A DNA stretch of 64,000 nt from a virus. The position numbers and the translations under genes were made by a program. The stretch covers positions 6,375 to 70,374 of IMG/VR virus record IMGVR_UViG_3300024308_000028. One strand, written 5' to 3'. The number at the start of each line of letters is the position of its first letter. Position 1 is the stretch's first letter. The notes under the pieces were generated by a model. The model saw only the letters and a list, made by a program, of their open reading frames with translations, was not told the origin of the DNA and did no database searches. Below, piece by piece: positions 58,063 through 64,000 of this stretch.

Positions 58063-58299
58063 ATGGCAGTATCTGTTGAGGATATTGTTGCCAAAAGGCA
58101 CAACCAAAAGCTGGCTAATTATCACAAGCTTAAAGAAGCAGTTAATACTGCATTCGCTAGTGAGAATAATTGGTCAGAGGTAGAAATCAATGACTGGTGG
58201 AAGTGGGAACACTACATCAAAACACCAAGTATCACTGTTATATACAGGCCACCTGACCAGTATAAGAAACAGCGTAGCATTATCGTTCACATCAATTAA
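58063..58299 (+). CDS. Hypothetical protein (78 aa)
   Basis: ATG 58063 after taagga. Confidence 0.62.
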   Translation: MAVSVEDIVAKRHNQKLANYHKLKEAVNTAFASENNWSEVEINDWWKWEHYIKTPSITVIYRPPDQYKKQRSIIVHIN

Positions 58300-58318
58300 G
58301 CAAACTGGAGAATATGCG

Positions 58319-59134
58319 ATGTACTCATCTATTGAACATCAGAAGCAACTGGAAACTCTGTTTAACAAGAATCAACTAATTCCTCGTATGAGGAAAGAGT
58401 TCGAAGACTCCAAAGACGTAGACTTTAAGGCATTTGCCGAGTATCTGGACATTGATTATAAGTTGCTCATTGATGCAATGGTTCAGATGGCACTACATAA
58501 ACGTGCCGACCTGCCTACTCTGGTTGGCTCACTTATGAGCCACAGCCAAGACGCTCAGTATATTGCTGACTGTCTGCTGAAGATGGCAGAGAACGACTGC
58601 TTCAACTTTGACCCAAGCATTGACAAGTTCATTGTGCTGTATGGCATCAGTGAAGATGTACAGCTTGAGTTAGAAGCATTTCAGTATCCACTGCCTATCG
58701 TCAGTAAGCCAAAGCCTGTCCGGAATAACCGGGACACAGGCTACTGGAATACTAAGGGCAGTATCATTCTCAAGAAGAACCACCATGAAATGGATGTCTG
58801 TCTTGACCATATCAATCGTATGAACAACCAGCGACTTTGCATTAACTGGAAAGTAGCTAAGTTCGTTAAGAACTCCTGGGCTAACCTGGATAAACCTAAA
58901 GAGGGTGAAACCCGTCAGGACTTCGAAAAACGTGTACGTGCATTCGAGAAGTATGACCGTACAGCCAAGGATGTAATGGAGCTAGTGACTAAAGAAGGTA
59001 ATAACTTCTCACTAGCTCACAAGTATGACAAACGTGGTCGTACCTATTCACAGGGCTATCACATCAACTATCAGGGAACCAGTTGGAACAAGGCTGTAAT
59101 TGAGTTCGCTGATAAGGAGCTTGTTGATGATTAA
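58319..59134 (+). CDS. RNA polymerase II subunit 1 (N4 gp15-like)
   Basis: 271 aa; YPLP..KP and YDKRGRTY.QGYHINYQG motifs. Confidence 0.93.
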   Translation: MYSSIEHQKQLETLFNKNQLIPRMRKEFEDSKDVDFKAFAEYLDIDYKLLIDAMVQMALHKRADLPTLVGSLMSHSQDAQYIADCLLKMAENDCFNFDPSIDKFIVLYGISEDVQLELEAFQYPLPIVSKPKPVRNNRDTGYWNTKGSIILKKNHHEMDVCLDHINRMNNQRLCINWKVAKFVKNSWANLDKPKEGETRQDFEKRVRAFEKYDRTAKDVMELVTKEGNNFSLAHKYDKRGRTYSQGYHINYQGTSWNKAVIEFADKELVDD

Positions 59135-59234
59135 TCCTCACGCAGTTGAAGACTTTTACGCCCACAGAAAGCTGGTTCTGGAAAGAATCAAAGCTGCTTT
59201 AAAGCGTGAAAACGAACAAAAGAAACGTAAGTAA
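59127..59234 (+). CDS. 35-aa basic peptide between the RNAP II subunits (not in the ORF track)
   Basis: taaggag RBS; MINPHAVEDFYAHRKLVLERIKAALKRENEQKKRK. Confidence 0.6.
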   Translation: MINPHAVEDFYAHRKLVLERIKAALKRENEQKKRK

Positions 59235-59280
59235 ACCTACTAATGCGAGCCAAGTGGCTCAAGATGCTAAGGAAAATACA

Positions 59281-60498
59281 ATGCAAACTTTCACCGCTAA
59301 ACAATATCTGGCTATCGACATTGCTAATAACTTCGGTCTGGACAAAAAGACCTGGGACGAACGTCTGGAGTGGTTCGAAGAGAACAAAGAGAACCTGCTC
59401 AATCTGGTGGAATCAGCAGATGAACCAGCAATGTTCTATGCAGGTGTTGTTGCCTATCATGACATGCTGGATGGTAAGCCAATTGGCTATACCGTAGCAC
59501 TGGATGCAACGTCATCCGGTCTGCAATTACTGTCATGCTTGACTGGTGACCGTAAAGCAGCAGAACTCTGCAACGTAGTGAACTACATGGGTGAGAACGG
59601 TAAACCTCTGCGTCGTGACGCATATACCGTTATCTATCGCACCATGCTGGACATCGTAGGCCAGTCTTCTCGTGTTAAACGTGATGACTGTAAGCAGGCA
59701 GTAATGACTGCATTCTACGGTTCAGAAGCAAAGCCTAAAGAAGTATTCGGTGAGGGTATCCTGTTACGTACCTTTGAGAACGTAATGGACACCTCTGCAC
59801 CTGGCCCGTGGGCATTGAACAAGTTCCTGCTGCAATGTGGTAACCCGGATGCTATGTCATACCTCTGGGTACTGCCGGATAACTTCCACTGTCAGATTAA
59901 GGTCATGGTTCCTGAAGTACAAACTGTTAACTTCCTGAACAAGCCTTATGACATCACTCGTATGGTGCAAGGCACTGAAGAGAAGACACGTATGTTGTCT
60001 GCTAATACCACCCACTCCATTGATGGAATGGTGGTACGTGAGATGCTGCGTCGTTGTAACTATGACCGTGACCTCATCGCTGCTGTTCGTGAACTCTGCG
60101 ATATTGGCCCAAGCGAGTATCCATTAATCTCTGGTAACTATGAAATGGTTACTGAGTTATGGAACCACTATGAGAAGTCTGGCTTCCTGTCTATGGCTAT
60201 CGTTCCATACCTTGACCCGAATACCATTGCATTGGTTGACCGTCAGGTAGTAGCAGATATGCTGGACACTCTGCCTAAGAAGCCATTCCAGGTAATGACC
60301 GTACATGACTGCTTCCGTTGCCATCCTAACTATGGCAATGACTTACGCCGTCAGTACAATCAGATTCTGTCTGATATTGCTAAGAGTGACCTACTGGGCT
60401 TCATCTTGAGCCAGGTACTGGGGCAAGAATTCTCTGCTGGTAAGCTGGACAATGACATGTGGAAAGACGTACTGGAGGCTGAATATGCACTTTCTTAA
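59281..60498 (+). CDS. RNA polymerase II subunit 2 (N4 gp16-like)
   Basis: 405 aa; LDATSSGLQ (motif A), R...KQAVMTAFYGS (motif B), AN..HSIDG, VHDCF (motif C). Confidence 0.94.
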   Translation: MQTFTAKQYLAIDIANNFGLDKKTWDERLEWFEENKENLLNLVESADEPAMFYAGVVAYHDMLDGKPIGYTVALDATSSGLQLLSCLTGDRKAAELCNVVNYMGENGKPLRRDAYTVIYRTMLDIVGQSSRVKRDDCKQAVMTAFYGSEAKPKEVFGEGILLRTFENVMDTSAPGPWALNKFLLQCGNPDAMSYLWVLPDNFHCQIKVMVPEVQTVNFLNKPYDITRMVQGTEEKTRMLSANTTHSIDGMVVREMLRRCNYDRDLIAAVRELCDIGPSEYPLISGNYEMVTELWNHYEKSGFLSMAIVPYLDPNTIALVDRQVVADMLDTLPKKPFQVMTVHDCFRCHPNYGNDLRRQYNQILSDIAKSDLLGFILSQVLGQEFSAGKLDNDMWKDVLEAEYALS

Positions 60499-60583
60499 TA
60501 AAGTAGACAAGGGTAACTGCGTCTGTATAGGTATAGTAATTGGACTTGCACTAGGCTTATTCGCCTGGTGGTTACTAACGTAA
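60485..60583 (+). CDS. 32-aa single-TM peptide (not in the ORF track)
   Basis: ggagg RBS; MHFLNKVDKGNCVCIGIVIGLALGLFAWWLLT. Confidence 0.55.
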   Translation: MHFLNKVDKGNCVCIGIVIGLALGLFAWWLLT

Positions 60584-60588
60584 CAAAT

Positions 60589-60619
60589 AGCCACTCCTTC
60601 GGGAGTGGCTTATTTTTTT
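60589..60619 (+). terminator. Intrinsic terminator ending the early region
   Basis: agccactcc-ttcg-ggagtggct followed by a T-tract. Confidence 0.87.
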
Positions 60620-60687
60620 CTTTGACTACATAATAAACGTGCTCATGCAGGATTGTCCTGATGAGCACTACTAATAGGATATATGAT

Positions 60688-61521
60688 ATGCCGACTCTCA
60701 AAGTTGCTTTTAACAAGACCACTAAGGTAGCTACCGTACTGGATGCCAGTGGTAGTGTACCTTCCGGTTCCGTAGAAATTGGAACCTTTGTTCACCCTGA
60801 TGCTACTTACCCAGATAGTTATGTTATCTATCATGGTGTACGTGACCTGCTTTATAAACGTGATAAAGCAGACCCAAGTCAGGCTGGCTTCTGGCCTGAT
60901 AACTATACTGACATGCAGTCAGTTACTATCACCAACTCTGCTACTCCACGCCTGATTATTAGTACGCCACTGTCTCGTGTGGTATCTACTATCGAGGGCG
61001 AGGATGTAACTCTTACTGTCGTAGTCCTGGGTGGTAAAGCACCTCTGACCTACGCATGGAAGTTCAAGGCAGATGGCTCAGAAGACTGGACTGATGTAGC
61101 CGATGCTGATGAAGCTATCCTGGTACTGGAAGACGTTGATAGTTCTAAAGGTGGTGAGTACAAGGTTATTGTTACTGACGCCAATGGAACCAAGGTTGAA
61201 AGTGTTGGTCTGGTTGCCGTGGGTGCTTATCCACCTCCACCAGCTCCAGAACTGACAGCTATTAAGGCTACGCCTACTTCCCTGTCCCTATCTGTAGCTA
61301 CTGATGCTACCAACGGTAAGACTGTTGCTCTGTCTCCTACGCCAGAAGGTGCTGAACTGGGTACGTTGTCTATTAAGACTGCTCCAGATGCTGCACGAGC
61401 TACTGCTACCATCTCTGGTACTACTCTGACTGTTAAACCAGTAGCTGCTGGTGCTGCAACTTCTGTTGTAGTAACCAATGGCACTATTGATGTGACCATT
61501 GCTGTTACAGTAGCAGAGTAA
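60688..61521 (+). CDS. Ig-like capsid decoration protein (N4 gp17-like)
   Basis: MPTLKV.F.K.T.VATVLDASGS N-terminus as recalled for gp17; Ig motifs GGKAPLTYAW and G.Y.V.VTDA.G. Confidence 0.87.
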   Translation: MPTLKVAFNKTTKVATVLDASGSVPSGSVEIGTFVHPDATYPDSYVIYHGVRDLLYKRDKADPSQAGFWPDNYTDMQSVTITNSATPRLIISTPLSRVVSTIEGEDVTLTVVVLGGKAPLTYAWKFKADGSEDWTDVADADEAILVLEDVDSSKGGEYKVIVTDANGTKVESVGLVAVGAYPPPPAPELTAIKATPTSLSLSVATDATNGKTVALSPTPEGAELGTLSIKTAPDAARATATISGTTLTVKPVAAGAATSVVVTNGTIDVTIAVTVAE

Positions 61522-61574
61522 TGTGATTGTTTGTTTGGGTTGATAAACCCTGAATAACATTCCTTATCATCTTT

Positions 61575-61600
61575 GGCCTCCCTATGGGAGGTCTTTTTTT
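61575..61600 (+). terminator. Intrinsic terminator
   Basis: ggcctccc-tat-gggaggtc followed by a T-tract. Confidence 0.8.
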
Positions 61601-61627
61601 GACTCAATAAAACAGGAGCAGATAGAT

Positions 61628-61975
61628 TTGGAAAAGAATCGCAGGAAGACACTCATTGAGCGTCTGCTTGCCCGTATCAAGATAATGGATATGGGCTACA
61701 CCGTTAATGGTCAGCCGAGTCTCTGTCATATATGGACAGGTTCTCACTCTGGCAATGGACGAGGTGGACAATACGGGAGGATTTCCGTGAATGGGATTAC
61801 CTCTGCCACGCATATCGTGGCCTATACCCATTATCACGGATACATCCCTTGCAAGATGCAAGTTGACCATCTCTGTAATAACCGTCTGTGCTGTAACCCT
61901 GAACATCTGGAACTCGTGACTCATCAAGAGAACCAGAAGAGAAGGGCTGCACGCCAAGCTAAGGGAAAGAAATGA
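61628..61975 (+). CDS. HNH endonuclease (N4 gp22-like)
   Basis: CHIWTG, YG.I and VDHLCNNRLCCNPEHLE.VT..EN motifs. Confidence 0.88.
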   Translation: MEKNRRKTLIERLLARIKIMDMGYTVNGQPSLCHIWTGSHSGNGRGGQYGRISVNGITSATHIVAYTHYHGYIPCKMQVDHLCNNRLCCNPEHLELVTHQENQKRRAARQAKGKK

Positions 61976-62157
61976 AATCTGAAGCAAAGTTTGCTTTCTT
62001 CATTGGTGCTGTAGCTGGAATGTTTTTCATGGGGCTTGGTATGACCCATATTGGGCCGAATTCCAAAGCTAAGGTTGATAGCCTCAAAGCTGAATGCGAA
62101 CTCAATATTCCACGTAATCAATCCTGTGTAATGCAGTTCGTACCGGAGAAGAAATGA
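61972..62157 (+). CDS. Small membrane-anchored protein
   Basis: N-terminal TM segment; CE..IPRNQSC. Confidence 0.62.
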   Translation: MKSEAKFAFFIGAVAGMFFMGLGMTHIGPNSKAKVDSLKAECELNIPRNQSCVMQFVPEKK

Positions 62158-62360
62158 AAATTACCCATCGTCATGCACCAAAGGAAATTCCTTTCGGTGA
62201 TGTACCTGTGGCTGGAGGCTTCTTGTATGAGTGTGAGCCTTACGTGAAGTTCTTACTTCCTAACGGTATTCCAGCAGGATTAGACCTCACTACAGGTAAG
62301 TCTCAAGCGTTTCAGGCAAGTACCTTCGTTAATCCAATTGAAATGGAAGTTATCTACTAA
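62154..62360 (+). CDS. Hypothetical protein
   Basis: 68 aa, ATGA overlap. Confidence 0.62.
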   Translation: MKITHRHAPKEIPFGDVPVAGGFLYECEPYVKFLLPNGIPAGLDLTTGKSQAFQASTFVNPIEMEVIY

Positions 62361-62539
62361 TGAGTCTGACTCAACAACAAATCATTTTCCTTCGTATGGT
62401 TCGTAGTGGTGGTGTAGTTACCATCAACAAAACCGCTAAGTCACTAAACAGGCTTGGCTTAATCAAGTTCAAGGTTCCTTTTGGTTGGCATCTGACTCCA
62501 GAAGGGAACCAGAAAATCAAAGAGATTATCGGTGAATAA
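62360..62539 (+). CDS. Hypothetical protein (59 aa, winged-helix-like; not in the ORF track)
   Basis: TAATG coupling; MSLTQQQIIFL...SLNRLGLI...WHLTPEG. Confidence 0.65.
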   Translation: MSLTQQQIIFLRMVRSGGVVTINKTAKSLNRLGLIKFKVPFGWHLTPEGNQKIKEIIGE

Positions 62540-62878
62540 ATGAAAACTCTTATCGCTACTCTGCTGATAGCTACCTCAGTGTTGTCTTTTGGTGCTAAGG
62601 CATCTGGTAAAGAATCAGTAACCAATCTGATTGAAGCTGCCGAAGCTTATACCAGCAACAGTAAGGCCAACTATGTTGGTCAAGGTTACTTCATGGGCAT
62701 GGTTCAGTTCTATGGCGACAGTGTTTATAACTGTGCACCAGAGGGCATGACCTACCGTGTAATTAACCAGAAAGTCGCACGTATTATCGTGTTCGACTCC
62801 GGTGTGCTGTCTATGAACAGTCCATTTGATGTAATGGATTATGCCTTCAAAAAGGCATTCCCTTGCACCAAAGCTTAA
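62540..62878 (+). CDS. Secreted protein resembling the Rap1a immunity family
   Basis: Signal peptide ending AKA; GY..G, C.PEG.T...Q.V and AFKKAFPC pattern. Confidence 0.62.
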   Translation: MKTLIATLLIATSVLSFGAKASGKESVTNLIEAAEAYTSNSKANYVGQGYFMGMVQFYGDSVYNCAPEGMTYRVINQKVARIIVFDSGVLSMNSPFDVMDYAFKKAFPCTKA

Positions 62879-62907
62879 TTATTTCATTAACTTAGGAGAG
62901 TAAGTAA

Positions 62908-63963
62908 ATGGCAAACATTGATTCGCTTGTTGTGTGTAATACACGACAGGCTCGTAAGTTTATTATCCGTTCTCTGCTGGCAGGTAACGTTCCATTCCTG
63001 ACTTCATCACCAGGTATGGGTAAATCTGCAATGATTCACTCTATTGCAGAAGAATTTGGCATGAAGTTGATTGACCATCGTCTGTCTACTTCTGCCCCGG
63101 AAGATATGTCCGGTTTACCCCGATTTACTGCCGATGGGCGTGCAGAATTTGCACCGTTCAACGACCTGTTCCCTCTGGAAGGGGATAAAGTACCGGAAGG
63201 TTATAACGGCTGGCTGCTGTTCCTGGATGAGTTTAACTCAGCCAAAAAGGAAATAGTTGCTGCTGCTTATAAGCTAATTCTCGACCGTATGACTGGTCAG
63301 AAGAAACTGCATCCGAATGTCATGATTGTCTGTGCTGGTAACAAAGCAACTGACCGTGCAATCGTTAACCCTATTGGTACTGCAATGCAGTCTCGTGTTG
63401 TCCACTTCGAAATGGAACTGAACTTTGACATCTTTGTTGAAGATGTAATGATTCCAAACGGATGGGATGAGCGTCTGGTCGCATTCCTTCATGCCAATAC
63501 ATCGTATCTGCATGACTTCGACCCTGCTCATAAAAACAAAACGTTCTGTTGTCCTCGTACCTGGGACTTTGTTAACAAAGACCTTAAAAACCAGCCTCCT
63601 GGGGCTTTACCTGATGAAGACTCTATCTACTATGCCGGACACGTTACGGCTGGTAAGGCTACAGAGTTCGTACAATTTACTCAGGTATACAACCAACTGG
63701 TCACTATTGAGCAGGTTGTCAAAGACCCAATGAATGCTCGACTACCACAGGATAACAACCTGTGTTGGGCTACGGTTATCTACCTGGCTAACAAAACTAC
63801 TGAGGATAACTTCGCAGATATCATTCAGTACATTGAACGCTTTAAAACGTTCTCTCACCGTATTCTGTATTTCCGTGCTACTGGTAAACAGTGTCCTGAT
63901 TTACAGAGCACACCGGAATGGCGTAAAGCTGCTTCGAATATCTCCAAGTATCTTCACGGGTAA
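62908..63963 (+). CDS. MoxR-like AAA+ ATPase (N4 gp24-like)
   Basis: SSPGMGKS, D.RLS..PED.SGLP, LFLDEFN, AGN...D, SR..H and PRTW motifs. Confidence 0.88.
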   Translation: MANIDSLVVCNTRQARKFIIRSLLAGNVPFLTSSPGMGKSAMIHSIAEEFGMKLIDHRLSTSAPEDMSGLPRFTADGRAEFAPFNDLFPLEGDKVPEGYNGWLLFLDEFNSAKKEIVAAAYKLILDRMTGQKKLHPNVMIVCAGNKATDRAIVNPIGTAMQSRVVHFEMELNFDIFVEDVMIPNGWDERLVAFLHANTSYLHDFDPAHKNKTFCCPRTWDFVNKDLKNQPPGALPDEDSIYYAGHVTAGKATEFVQFTQVYNQLVTIEQVVKDPMNARLPQDNNLCWATVIYLANKTTEDNFADIIQYIERFKTFSHRILYFRATGKQCPDLQSTPEWRKAASNISKYLHG

Positions 63964-64000
63964 ACTATGCAACTGAACCAGATACCTCAGCACACACTTA

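Noticed and set aside
1-64000. Integrase, lysogeny module or alternative genetic code
   Set aside because: No integrase or repressor-operator cassette was seen, and genes read intact in the standard code with no suppressor tRNA.

Overview
This window is most of the genome of a lytic N4-like phage (Schitoviridae), probably infecting Enterobacterales, and it appears circularly permuted. Layout on the + strand from 1 to 16.4 kb: the middle/replication genes (rIIA/rIIB, helicase, family-A DNA polymerase, nuclease, primase, Sak4-like ATPase, SSB, resolvase, HNH). From 16.4 to 18.4 kb: a dense RNA-gene island. From 18.4 to 19.5 kb: a probable pair of anti-defence sponge genes (gp49/Acb4-like and DUF2829/Tad2-like). 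On the - strand from 19.6 to 52 kb: the late genes (3,449-aa virion RNA polymerase, ejection proteins, capsid, portal, lysis cassette, two tailspikes, terminase). The probable genome-end region lies at about 53.2-53.8 kb. The early genes follow on the + strand, with three N4-type hairpin promoters, the two-subunit RNAP II and a capsid decoration protein. The most unusual element is the RNA island. After four canonical tRNAs and one Pro/Ile chimera come about ten abutting non-canonical structured RNAs: a tmRNA mRNA-like domain (tag ANDDVVLMAA) with no tRNA-like domain, a D-armless 66-nt mini-tRNA, a tRNA whose anticodon loop is replaced by a four-way junction, and several long-stem junction RNAs. 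All structures were folded by eye and all family calls come from recalled motifs; no database search was run.
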